NCBI RefSeq assembly: GCF_000007145.1
Contig: NC_003902.1
Coordinates: 1,807,436-1,839,435 of the forward strand
Reading direction: 5' to 3'
DNA length: 32,000 nucleotides
Source of the DNA: Xanthomonas campestris pv. campestris str. ATCC 33913
Lineage (GTDB): Bacteria > Pseudomonadota > Gammaproteobacteria > Xanthomonadales > Xanthomonadaceae
Made by a program: the position numbers and the translations under genes. The notes beneath the pieces were generated by a model. That model made no database searches, was not told where the DNA came from, and was given only the letters and a program-made list of their open reading frames with translations. This document shows, piece by piece, positions 8,879 through 17,744 of the stretch. Positions within the stretch are counted from its first letter, which is position 1. Each line of letters starts with the position of its first letter.

Positions 8879-11008
8879 TTACCTGCCGGCGCCCTGTGCG
8901 CCGTCATGCACGGCCTGGGCTTCGGCAGTGGCGCGGCGGGCGGGGCGCAACAGGTGGGTCAGGGTGCCGATGCTGTCGGTGATACGGTCGATGGTGTCGG
9001 CCAGCGCCGCCGCTGCGGGCAGGCCATCGGGCAGCGCCGCCAGCGCATCGGACACCCCGCGCTCGGCGGTGCGCAACGTGGCCGGCGCCGGCACGCGTCC
9101 TTCGCGCAGGCAGGCGCTCAACTCGGCCAGGGCCTGATCGGCCTGCTCTGCGAACGCAGGCAATCCATTCAGTGCCGGCAGCGGGTGGCCATCGCGCAGC
9201 ACCGCTTCCAGTGACAGCGTGGCGCGGATCAAGCGGTTGCCATTGGCCAGCAGTGATTCGGCGCGCTTGAGCTCGTCCAGGTTGCGCCGGCTGCGGGGTT
9301 CTCCGCGCAGCCGTTCGATCGAGGCCTGGGTATTGGTGCGCGCTACCCGCGCGGCAGCGCGGCTGTCGCTCAAGGCATCCAGCTGGCCGAGCAGCAGGTT
9401 GCGCAGGTGCGCGCGGTAGGCATCGAGCAATTGCGCCAGCGAGGCGCGGATCTGCCGGCGTTCGCGCGTGGGCCACAGCGCGTAGGCGATCAGCGCCAGT
9501 GCGCTGCCGGCCACGGTGGCCTGCAGACGCGCACCGACTGCCTCGCCCGGCGACACCCCTTCGAACGACAGCAGCAGCACCAGCATGCCGGTCAGAAACG
9601 CCACGCCGATGCCGTAGTTGACCTGCGTCAACAGGCGAAATCCCAGGCAAAACAGCGCCAACAGGCTGAGGCGGATGCCGGCACCGTCCATTGCCAGATG
9701 CGCAAGCAGTGTGGCCAGCAACAAGCCGATGAAGGTGCCGGCGACCCGCAAGGCGCCAAAGCTGAAGGTGCCGCCGAAATCCGGCTTGAGCACGATCGCG
9801 GTGGTCATCGGGATCCAGAAGCCGTGCGGAATCTGCTGCCAGCGCTGGAAGGCGATCGCCAGCGCCAGGCACACGCCGCAGCGCAACGCATGACGAAACG
9901 CCACCGAAGACAGGTCCAGGTTCGCCCGCAGCGTGGCCCAGGTGGCGGCCGGGCGCAGCGCCGCAGGCAGCCGCGCTTCGGCCAGCTGCGCCTGGATCTC
10001 GCCGCGGCTGCTGGCCCAGTGCGCATTGCGGACCAGGGCGCGCAGCTGGCCGCCGAGGCCTTGCGCGCGCGCCACCGCCACGCGCACCAGGCGGCGCTCG
10101 CGGGTATCGGCGTTGTCGTGCTGGAACTGCGCCAGCGCCGCCACCAGGTCGTCGAAGTCGGTCATCGAGGCCGTGGCGGCGGCGGGGTCTTCCCCCACGG
10201 TCATCGCATGGGCAAGTTGTTCCAGCACGATGGCGCTGCGTTCAAGCACGCGTTCGATCGCCGGCCGCGCCTGCGACTGGCCCAGGCGGGTGTCGGCATC
10301 GGCCAGCGACAGCAGCTCCAGGCGCACGCGGTCGCACAGCTCGGCAATGATGCGGAAGCTCTGCACCGCGATTGCGCGCGAACGGTGCTCGCCATGCAGC
10401 ATGACCATGGCATCGAGCACTTCCTGCGTGGCCGGCGGCGGCGCGCTGGCTTCCGGGCGTTGCCGCGCAATGCTGGCCAGCTGCCGCATCAGCTCTGCCA
10501 ATGCAAAGCGCTCGGGCCGGTAACGCTGCAGGGGCCATGCAGCCAGCGCCAGCAGGACCTGCAGCACGCCGCCGGCAAAGATCAGCAGCGCAACGCCTGG
10601 CGCCTGCGCTACTGGCAGGCGCATGTCGGCGCTGACCACCAACAGGATCATGCTGGTCAGGCCCACCCGCGCCGCCACCGGGCCCAATGCGACCAGCAGG
10701 CCGCCGCCCAGGCCGAGCAGCAGCCCGGCGAGCACCAGGGCGGGGGTGTTATGGCCGACCCAGATGCCCAGCAGCGCGGCGCCGCCGGCAGCCAGCGCCG
10801 CCATCAGCATGCGCTGCAGGCGCGCCCGATACGGGCCGGGCTGATCGGAAAACATGGTGTTCAACGCGCCGCTGCACACCGCCAGGCCGGCCGCAACATG
10901 CCCCGTCGCCACGCCGATCAGCAGCGGCAACACCACCGCGGCGGTGTTGCGCAGCGCAACGCGCAAAGGCACGTCGCGCGGCTTGAGGTCGATCAGTGCG
11001 CGCAGCAT
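8879..11008 (-). CDS. FUSC / YccS-type integral membrane protein (aromatic acid exporter family)
   Basis: The track ORF 8879-11122 was trimmed to ATG 11008 (MLRALIDLKPRDVPLRVALRNTAAVVLPLLIG). The layout is two multi-helix hydrophobic blocks separated by a long soluble helical region, as in FUSC/AaeB-type proteins. Separated by 29 nt from kynU and 62 nt from nbaC. Confidence 0.8.
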   Translation of the reverse strand: MLRALIDLKPRDVPLRVALRNTAAVVLPLLIGVATGHVAAGLAVCSGALNTMFSDQPGPYRARLQRMLMAALAAGGAALLGIWVGHNTPALVLAGLLLGLGGGLLVALGPVAARVGLTSMILLVVSADMRLPVAQAPGVALLIFAGGVLQVLLALAAWPLQRYRPERFALAELMRQLASIARQRPEASAPPPATQEVLDAMVMLHGEHRSRAIAVQSFRIIAELCDRVRLELLSLADADTRLGQSQARPAIERVLERSAIVLEQLAHAMTVGEDPAAATASMTDFDDLVAALAQFQHDNADTRERRLVRVAVARAQGLGGQLRALVRNAHWASSRGEIQAQLAEARLPAALRPAATWATLRANLDLSSVAFRHALRCGVCLALAIAFQRWQQIPHGFWIPMTTAIVLKPDFGGTFSFGALRVAGTFIGLLLATLLAHLAMDGAGIRLSLLALFCLGFRLLTQVNYGIGVAFLTGMLVLLLSFEGVSPGEAVGARLQATVAGSALALIAYALWPTRERRQIRASLAQLLDAYRAHLRNLLLGQLDALSDSRAAARVARTNTQASIERLRGEPRSRRNLDELKRAESLLANGNRLIRATLSLEAVLRDGHPLPALNGLPAFAEQADQALAELSACLREGRVPAPATLRTAERGVSDALAALPDGLPAAAALADTIDRITDSIGTLTHLLRPARRATAEAQAVHDGAQGAGR

Positions 11009-11070
11009 GGCGTGGAGGTCAGCAGAAACAAGGTGGTTGGCAGATGCGGGTACACCCCACGGCCCGCGGC

Positions 11071-11601
11071 TCAGGCCTCGACGGCGGCATAGCGTTCCGG
11101 CGCAGGGTGCACATGCCCGCACTGCGTGCAGGTGCGCAGCGCGAGCGAGCGATAGAAATGATCGAACACCGGCGGGAAGTCGGTTTCGATATTTTCCAGC
11201 GGGAACATCGCTTCATACAGTTTGTGGTTGCACTGCGGGCAATACCACTGCAGGCCGTCCTGCTCATGCGGCAGGCGCTCACGCTCGATCACCAGGCCGA
11301 TCGATCCGGCGGCGCGTTGCGGCGAATGCGGCACCTTGGGCGGGAGTAGAAAGATCTCGCCGGCACGGATCGGGATGTCGCGTGCGGTGCCGTCGTCCTG
11401 CACCTTCAGCACCATCTCGCCCTCGAGCTGGAAAAACCACTCCGGGCCTTCGTCGTAGTGATAGTCGGTGCGCGCGTTCGGCCCGCCGACGATCATGATG
11501 ATGAAGCCGTCCTGCTGGATGCACTTGTTGCCTACCGGCGGCTTGAGCAGGTGGCGGTGCTGCTCGACCCAGGCGTGCAGGTTGATCGGCGGGACCAGCA
11601 T
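11071..11601 (-). CDS. nbaC: 3-hydroxyanthranilate 3,4-dioxygenase
   Basis: Trimmed to ATG 11601 ([15 protein letters not shown]...), with AAGGAA 6-11 nt upstream. Cupin core [21 protein letters not shown] and a C-terminal rubredoxin-like pair CPQC...CTQCG. Confidence 0.9.
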   Translation of the reverse strand: MLVPPINLHAWVEQHRHLLKPPVGNKCIQQDGFIIMIVGGPNARTDYHYDEGPEWFFQLEGEMVLKVQDDGTARDIPIRAGEIFLLPPKVPHSPQRAAGSIGLVIERERLPHEQDGLQWYCPQCNHKLYEAMFPLENIETDFPPVFDHFYRSLALRTCTQCGHVHPAPERYAAVEA

Positions 11602-11643
11602 CGGCGTTCCTTGGCGAAGAAGACGCCCAGCATAGCCAACCGG

Positions 11644-11676
11644 CGGCACCGATGGGTGCCGCGCAGCCGGCTGCGC
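11644..11676 (-). terminator. two adjacent GC-rich hairpins directly after the carbonic anhydrase stop (possible terminator or processing site)
   Basis: Palindrome GCGCAGCCGGCTGCGC (11661-11676) and CGGCACC-gatg-GGTGCCG (11644-11661). No U-tract follows, so this is not a canonical intrinsic terminator. Confidence 0.3.
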
Positions 11677-12339
11677 TCAGCGTTCGCTATGGTCGGCCTG
11701 GATCTGCGCCAGCGCCGCGTCGTAGCGCTCTTGCAGGATGTCCGCACGATCGACCGACATGCGCAGATCGTGCGCCCGCCCGTCGCGCAGGCTGTAGACC
11801 CAGCCATGCACGCGCAGGTCCTGGCCGCGGTCCCAGGCGTCGCGCACGATGGTGGTGCGGCAGACGTTGACTACCTGTTCCAGCACATTGAGCTCGCACA
11901 GGCGTGCGTGCTGCACCGAGAGGTCGCCGGCCTGATGCAGGCAGGCCTCGTGCTTGTCGGCCACATCGGTGACGTGGCGGATCCAGTTGTCCACCAGGCC
12001 CATGCGCTTCTGGGTCAGGCTGGCAAACACGCCGCCGCAGCCGTAGTGGCCGACGACCAAAATGTGCTTGACCTTGAGGACGTCCACCGCGAACTGGATC
12101 ACCGACAGGCAATTCAGATCGGTATGCACCACCACATTGGCGATGTTGCGGTGGACGAACACTTCGCCCGGCGCCATGTCGATGATCTGGTTGGCCGGAA
12201 CGCGTGAATCCGAACAGCCGATCCACAGATATTCCGGGGATTGCTGGGTGGACAGCTTGGCAAAGAATTCCGGGTCTTCGCGATTGATGCGATCGGCCCA
12301 GGCGCGGTTGTTTTCAAGCAAATGGTTGAGCTCGTTCAT
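11677..12339 (-). CDS. can: beta-class carbonic anhydrase
   Basis: 220-aa ORF with WIGCSDSRVP and VVGHYGCGGV (Cys/His zinc ligands of beta-CA), plus NVxxQV blocks. Confidence 0.9.
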   Translation of the reverse strand: MNELNHLLENNRAWADRINREDPEFFAKLSTQQSPEYLWIGCSDSRVPANQIIDMAPGEVFVHRNIANVVVHTDLNCLSVIQFAVDVLKVKHILVVGHYGCGGVFASLTQKRMGLVDNWIRHVTDVADKHEACLHQAGDLSVQHARLCELNVLEQVVNVCRTTIVRDAWDRGQDLRVHGWVYSLRDGRAHDLRMSVDRADILQERYDAALAQIQADHSER

Positions 12340-12432
12340 GCGCGCAGTATTCCAGAACGTGGGGAAGAGAGCGTAGGTGCCACCGCAGTGGCGTAAAGCC
12401 GTGGTGCAGGAACGCCACGCTGGCGGCGCTGC

Positions 12433-13071
12433 TCAGTCATGGCTACTGCGCGCCTGCAGTGCATCGCGCATCAGCGCGGCCACCGCCTGCGTCTCGGCCG
12501 AGGCCTGGGCGGACAGCGCAGCGCTGACGGCACGCACATTGGCCACCGGGTGGTTCTGACTGAGCTTGAAGGTGAGTTCGATGCGGCTGGGCACGAAGCG
12601 GAATGCCACCAGTCCGCGCAGCTGGCGCCGATGGCTGTCGCGGTTCATCTCGAACAGCCAGTCGCTGCCGATGCTGTGTTCGAACTGCGCGCTCATGCGC
12701 CCGATCAAGTCGCCGACCGCCGCCTCGTCCTCGACCACGCTGCACTGGCCATGCAGATGCGCCACCGCGTAGTTCCAGGTGGGTACGCGTGCGGCGGCTT
12801 CCTTGTCCGGATACCAGGTGGGCGACACATAGGCATGCGGGCCGTGCACGAGCATCACTGCATCGCCATGATGGCGCGCCTGCGGATTGGGGCGGGCCCA
12901 ATGCCCTTCGATGACGATCGCCTCCGCATCGCGCCGATAGATCACCGGCAGATGCGAGATGACTGGTTGCCCAGTCTCGCCCGGCGTGATCAAGGTGACG
13001 AACGGGTCATGCGCGATCAGGCCGTCCAGCAACGCCAGATCGGTCTGTGCGAACGCGCGCGGTGCGTACAT
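12433..13071 (-). CDS. PaiB-family FMN-binding protein (putative negative transcriptional regulator)
   Basis: 212-aa ORF. MYAPRAFAQTD...HLP..., VPTWNY and FKLSQN blocks are typical of the PaiB / pyridoxamine-5'-phosphate-oxidase-like fold family. Confidence 0.85.
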   Translation of the reverse strand: MYAPRAFAQTDLALLDGLIAHDPFVTLITPGETGQPVISHLPVIYRRDAEAIVIEGHWARPNPQARHHGDAVMLVHGPHAYVSPTWYPDKEAAARVPTWNYAVAHLHGQCSVVEDEAAVGDLIGRMSAQFEHSIGSDWLFEMNRDSHRRQLRGLVAFRFVPSRIELTFKLSQNHPVANVRAVSAALSAQASAETQAVAALMRDALQARSSHD

Positions 13072-13072
13072 C

Positions 13073-13408
13073 TCAGGCGCGGCCGCCCATCGTCACCACC
13101 ATGCGCTCACGCAGGTCGGCATCGCTGTCGCCGCGCGGTGGCGACACCTCATGCAGCGAAAAGCCGCGCATCAGCGCGTCTTCTTCGTCCAGCCCGTCCA
13201 GTGCCACGAATTCGGCATCGAACAAGGCCGCGCGTGCGGTGTCCTCACTGTCGTAGGCCAACGTCTTGCCATCGCTGTCCATCACTTCGGCAGTGCCGGC
13301 TTCCTTGATGCGCAGGCGCGCCCAGATCAGGGTGCGGCCGATGGTGGCCAGCCACCACTGATCGTGGCTGCCAGAGCTGTGCGCTGCGTCGATGTCGATG
13401 ATGTTCAT
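13073..13408 (-). CDS. hypothetical acidic soluble protein, 111 aa
   Basis: ATG 13408 overlaps the upstream stop (ATGA), and its TGA is 1 nt from the paiB-like ATG. Third codon positions are predominantly G/C, like the neighbours. No family recognised. Confidence 0.55.
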   Translation of the reverse strand: MNIIDIDAAHSSGSHDQWWLATIGRTLIWARLRIKEAGTAEVMDSDGKTLAYDSEDTARAALFDAEFVALDGLDEEDALMRGFSLHEVSPPRGDSDADLRERMVVTMGGRA

Positions 13409-13710
13409 GCCAGTACCTTGGAAAGCAGCCCGAGCAGGGCCGCCATGCCCAGGCCGAAGAAAATGGTCAGCAGCGAGAGCCAGGCGGGTGTGGCCAGACC
13501 GGACAGCGCACTGTCGCGGTAGCTGCGGTAGCGGCGCGCCAACAACCAGCGCCACGCGGTGGGACTGATGAAGGCCGGCTCGCCGAAGCTGTCCAGCGCA
13601 TCCGGGTGGCGGTCGCGCAGGTGCACCAGGGTGAGTGGCCAGAAGATCAGCAGGGCGGTGAGCCCGGCGACCGCAACACCCACGAAACATAGCGCGAAGA
13701 ACAGGGTCAT
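13405..13710 (-). CDS. hypothetical small membrane protein, 101 aa, two predicted TM segments
   Basis: ATG 13710 overlaps the upstream stop (ATGA). Hydrophobic segments LFFALCFVGVAVAGLTALLIFWPL and WLSLLTIFFGLGMAALLGLL. G/C-rich third positions. No family recognised. Confidence 0.5.
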   Translation of the reverse strand: MTLFFALCFVGVAVAGLTALLIFWPLTLVHLRDRHPDALDSFGEPAFISPTAWRWLLARRYRSYRDSALSGLATPAWLSLLTIFFGLGMAALLGLLSKVLA

Positions 13711-13961
13711 GTGTCCGCCATCAGCAAGGCCAGCTTGGGAAGGACTGCGCCAACCAGCAGCGCAGCAATGGTCCACCACAGCGGGCGCACTGCGTGGCTG
13801 ATCGCCTTGCGTGCGGGCTCGCTTTGCCACCATGCAGCGGAATCCAGTTGCATGGCTGACTGCCGCGCCAGTCGTACGCCCCGCATGCCGGCGATGCCGG
13901 CCGCCAGCAATGCCAGCACGAAGGCCAGCACCTGCAGCGTGGAGGCGGCCAACAGGCTCAC
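13707..13961 (-). CDS. hypothetical small membrane protein, 84 aa, two predicted TM segments (GTG start)
   Basis: GTG at 13961 lies 1 nt after the asnS TGA. Hydrophobic segments LQVLAFVLALLAAGIAG and LWWTIAALLVGAVLPKLALL. The start codon is uncertain; the internal ATG giving MRGV... is an alternative. Confidence 0.4.
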   Translation of the reverse strand: MSLLAASTLQVLAFVLALLAAGIAGMRGVRLARQSAMQLDSAAWWQSEPARKAISHAVRPLWWTIAALLVGAVLPKLALLMADT

Positions 13962-13962
13962 A

Positions 13963-15357
<1,395 letters not shown>

Positions 15358-15545
15358 GACTATTCCTCGCCGTAGCGACCTTGGAGTGACCTGCGAGTTT
15401 ACTGGCTGCGACCGCGCCGGCGCGAGCACCTGAACAGGCGCAGGCGCGCCGCGCTTGTCTACGGGCAACGCTGGCCCCATCTGGCCTGCATGCCGATCGC
15501 GCCGGTCGGCCTCTATACTTGCCGCTATTGTGTTGGAGTGCCCGT

Positions 15546-15884
15546 ATGACCATCAGCCTCACCCCCGCCGCGCTGGAGCGCGTGCAGCGTTTCGTGCAGC
15601 AGACCCCGGGTGCGCTGGGGCTGCGCTTTGGCGTGACCAAGACCGGCTGCTCCGGCTGGGGCCACATCACCGACCTGGCGCGCGAAAAGCGTGACGACGA
15701 CGCGGTATTCGAGCAGGGCGGGGTCAGCATCTTTGTCGACCCGACCAGCCTGCCACTGGTGGATGGCACCTGCATCGACTTCGGCAAGCACGGCCTGAGC
15801 GAGACCTTCACCTTCAGCAACCCCAATGCCACGGCCGAGTGCGGCTGCGGGGAAAGCTTCACTACCGAAGCCGAGCATCGCTGA
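15546..15884 (+). CDS. HesB/IscA-family iron-sulfur cluster insertion/assembly protein
   Basis: ATG 15546 is preceded by GGAG. 112 aa with GCSGWG and the C-terminal CGCGESF cysteine motif of A-type carriers. Confidence 0.85.
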   Translation: MTISLTPAALERVQRFVQQTPGALGLRFGVTKTGCSGWGHITDLAREKRDDDAVFEQGGVSIFVDPTSLPLVDGTCIDFGKHGLSETFTFSNPNATAECGCGESFTTEAEHR

Positions 15885-15915
15885 GCGCGACTTGAGCCAA
15901 GCGGCGCCGGCGTGT

Positions 15916-16047
15916 TTCCTTCTCCCACCGGGAGAAGGTGCCCCAAAGGGGCGGATGAGGGTACGGGCGAAGCCTCGCGTGGCTGAACGACACGAGTGGC
16001 TTTGCCCCGTACCCTCACCCCAACCCCTCTCCCGGCGGGAGAGGGGC
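15916..16047. repeat. composite multi-hairpin REP/MITE-like element, copy 1
   Basis: Four modules in order. (1) CCTTCTCC-cacc-GGAGAAGG. (2) GCCCC-aaa-GGGGC. (3) A long hairpin GAGGGTACGGGCGAAGCC...GGCTTTGCCCCGTACCCTC. (4) CCCCTCTCCC-ggcg-GGAGAGGGG. The reverse complement matches 23480-23606 module for module. Confidence 0.85.
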
Positions 16048-16093
16048 TTAAGCAGTCGCCGCACTCGTTGGCTTGGCTGTTGGGATGGCCCGG

Positions 16094-16122
16094 TTGCGGC
16101 TAAGCGCTTGAACTGCCATAAT
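16094..16122 (+). promoter_or_regulatory. candidate sigma70 promoter for rpsF-rpsR
   Basis: TTGCGG (16094-16099) - 17 nt - CATAAT (16117-16122), about 110 nt upstream of the rpsF ATG. Sequence match only. Confidence 0.3.
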
Positions 16123-16232
16123 TTTCGGCTTCCTGCCCGTTTGGGCGGGAAACCCTTGCTCCACCGTCCGCCTTGTGCGGGTTCCCGGGGAGCTGTCCGG
16201 CCCACGTGGCCACATCCGAAAGGTAAAACAAC

Positions 16233-16667
16233 ATGAGTCGTCATTACGAAGTCGTGTTCCTGGTCCATCCGGACCAGAGCGAGCAGGTCCCGGCCATGAT
16301 CGAGCGCTACAAGTCGCTGATCGAGGGCGGTAACGGCACCATCCACCGTCTGGAAGACTGGGGCCGTCGTCAGCTGGCCTACCCGATCCAGAACCTGGTG
16401 AAGGCGCACTACGTGCTGCTCAACATCGAAGTCGACCAGGCCGTGCTGAGCGAGCTGGTGGAAAGCTTCCGCTTCAACGATGCGGTGCTGCGTCACCTGG
16501 TGATCAAGCGCGATGGCCCGGATACCGAGCAGTCGCTGATCATGAAGAGCAAGGACGAGAAGGGCGACAAGCCCGAGCGTAGCGAGCGTCGTCGTCGTGA
16601 CGACGAGGAAGGCGATGCTGCACCTGCCGCCACCGATACCGACGGCGACAACGCCGAAGCCGCTTAA
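16233..16667 (+). CDS. rpsF: 30S ribosomal protein S6
   Basis: [19 protein letters not shown]...[12 protein letters not shown] with an acidic C-terminal tail. AAAGG lies 11 nt upstream of the ATG. Confidence 0.95.
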   Translation: MSRHYEVVFLVHPDQSEQVPAMIERYKSLIEGGNGTIHRLEDWGRRQLAYPIQNLVKAHYVLLNIEVDQAVLSELVESFRFNDAVLRHLVIKRDGPDTEQSLIMKSKDEKGDKPERSERRRRDDEEGDAAPAATDTDGDNAEAA

Positions 16668-16678
16668 GGAGCGCTGTC

Positions 16679-16909
16679 ATGTCCAAGTTCTTCCGTCGTC
16701 GCAAGTTCTGCAAGTTCACCGCCGAGGGCGTCAAAGAGATCGACTACAAGGATCTCAACACCCTGCGTCAGTACCTCACCGAGAACGGCAAGATCGTGCC
16801 GAGCCGCGTGACCGGTACCAAGTCCAAGTACCAGCGTCAGCTGGCAACGGCCGTCAAGCGCTCGCGTTTCCTGGCGCTGATCCCGTACACGGACAATCAC
16901 GACGTCTAA
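16679..16909 (+). CDS. rpsR: 30S ribosomal protein S18
   Basis: 76 aa with [11 protein letters not shown]...IDYKD...L..Y..E.GKI.PSR.TG, the canonical S18 sequence. Starts 11 nt after rpsF. Confidence 0.95.
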   Translation: MSKFFRRRKFCKFTAEGVKEIDYKDLNTLRQYLTENGKIVPSRVTGTKSKYQRQLATAVKRSRFLALIPYTDNHDV

Positions 16910-16948
16910 GTAGTGCTGCGTAGGAGCCCGCCACTGGCGCGGCTCCTT

Positions 16949-17050
16949 TCGCAAGGCCCACACGGTTTTTCTGTGTGAGTCGCTCACAAAGGCCCGCACG
17001 GTCTGATGTGAGTCCTTCACAAAGGCCCGCACATCCATGTGCGGGTTGAT
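16949..17050. repeat. three tandem 33-36-bp units (core CACAAAGGCCCGCAC ... GTGAG)
   Basis: The AAGGCCC core recurs at 16953, 16989 and 17022. Units can pair internally (CTCACA/TGTGAG) or across unit junctions (GTGAG-tcg-CTCAC). Confidence 0.8.
17026..17045 (+). terminator. strong hairpin in the third repeat unit (possible attenuator or terminator after rpsR)
   Basis: CCCGCACAT-cc-ATGTGCGGG (9-bp stem) followed by TTGATAAATTGATAG. That tail is A/U-rich but not a clean U-tract. Confidence 0.35.
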
Positions 17051-17102
17051 AAATTGATAGAAGCCGGTAGTTCGTGTGTGCGGTGTTGGTCGGGGTTCTT
17101 AC

Positions 17103-17130
17103 GATTCCCGATTCCCCAATCCCGATTCCC
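17103..17130. repeat. four tandem heptamers GATTCCC GATTCCC CAATCCC GATTCCC
   Basis: Read directly. Same motif family as the microsatellite at 1159-1223. Confidence 0.85.
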
Positions 17131-17201
17131 GGCTTCTCCTATTCGGACAGCACCCGTTGCGGCGGCCACAGGCCGGCGCTAACGAATAACGGAGCACCAC
17201 C

Positions 17202-17651
17202 ATGGATCTGATTCTTCTGCAGAAAGTGACCAACCTGGGCAACCTGGGCGACAAGGTCAGCGTCAAGCCGGGCTACGGCCGCAACTTCCTCGTGCCGCAG
17301 GGCAAGGCCGTGCCGGCCACCGCTGCGAACGTTGAAGCGTTCGAAACCAAGCGCGCCGAGTACGAAGCCAAGGCCAACACCATCCTGGCCGATGCACAGA
17401 GCCGCGCCACCAAGTTCGAAGGCGCCAGCGTCACCATCGGCGCGCATGCGTCGACGGAAGGCAAGCTGTACGGTTCGGTCGGCCCGCGCGACATCGCCGA
17501 GGCGTTCACCGCCGCCGGCCTGCCGCTGGAAAAGAGCGAAGTGATCCTGGGCGAAGGCGCATTCCGCAATGTCGGCGAGTACGACGTTGTGCTGCACCTG
17601 CACGCCGATGTGGAAACCACCGTCAAGGTCATCGTCGAATCCGACGCCTGA
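17202..17651 (+). CDS. rplI: 50S ribosomal protein L9
   Basis: 149 aa with [37 protein letters not shown], the canonical L9 N-domain. GGAG lies 9-12 nt upstream. Confidence 0.95.
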   Translation: MDLILLQKVTNLGNLGDKVSVKPGYGRNFLVPQGKAVPATAANVEAFETKRAEYEAKANTILADAQSRATKFEGASVTIGAHASTEGKLYGSVGPRDIAEAFTAAGLPLEKSEVILGEGAFRNVGEYDVVLHLHADVETTVKVIVESDA

Positions 17652-17674
17652 TTGCGATACGTGTCTGCATCAAG

Positions 17675-17701
17675 AAGGGCGCCTCACGGCGCCCTTTTTT
17701 T
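17675..17701 (+). terminator. rho-independent terminator of rplI
   Basis: AAGGGCGCC-tcac-GGCGCCCTT followed by a run of T (17695-17701), 24 nt after the rplI stop. Confidence 0.85.
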
Positions 17702-17744
17702 ATGGGCGGAAAATAGACAGCGCAAGGCGGTGATGGGCGCTAGT

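Noticed and set aside
15826-16236. 136-aa ORF across the first multi-hairpin element, and the N-terminus of ORF 22564-23547 across the second (PLSRRERG / LPQERG-type peptides).
   Set aside because: These are translation artefacts of palindromic GC-rich repeats. The same DNA reads open on both strands, and there are no start-site signals.
16949-17050. The three 33-36-bp repeats considered as a mini CRISPR array.
   Set aside because: The units are contiguous, with only about 18-21 nt of variable sequence and no unique spacers of normal length. There are only three units, no leader, and no cas genes anywhere in the window.
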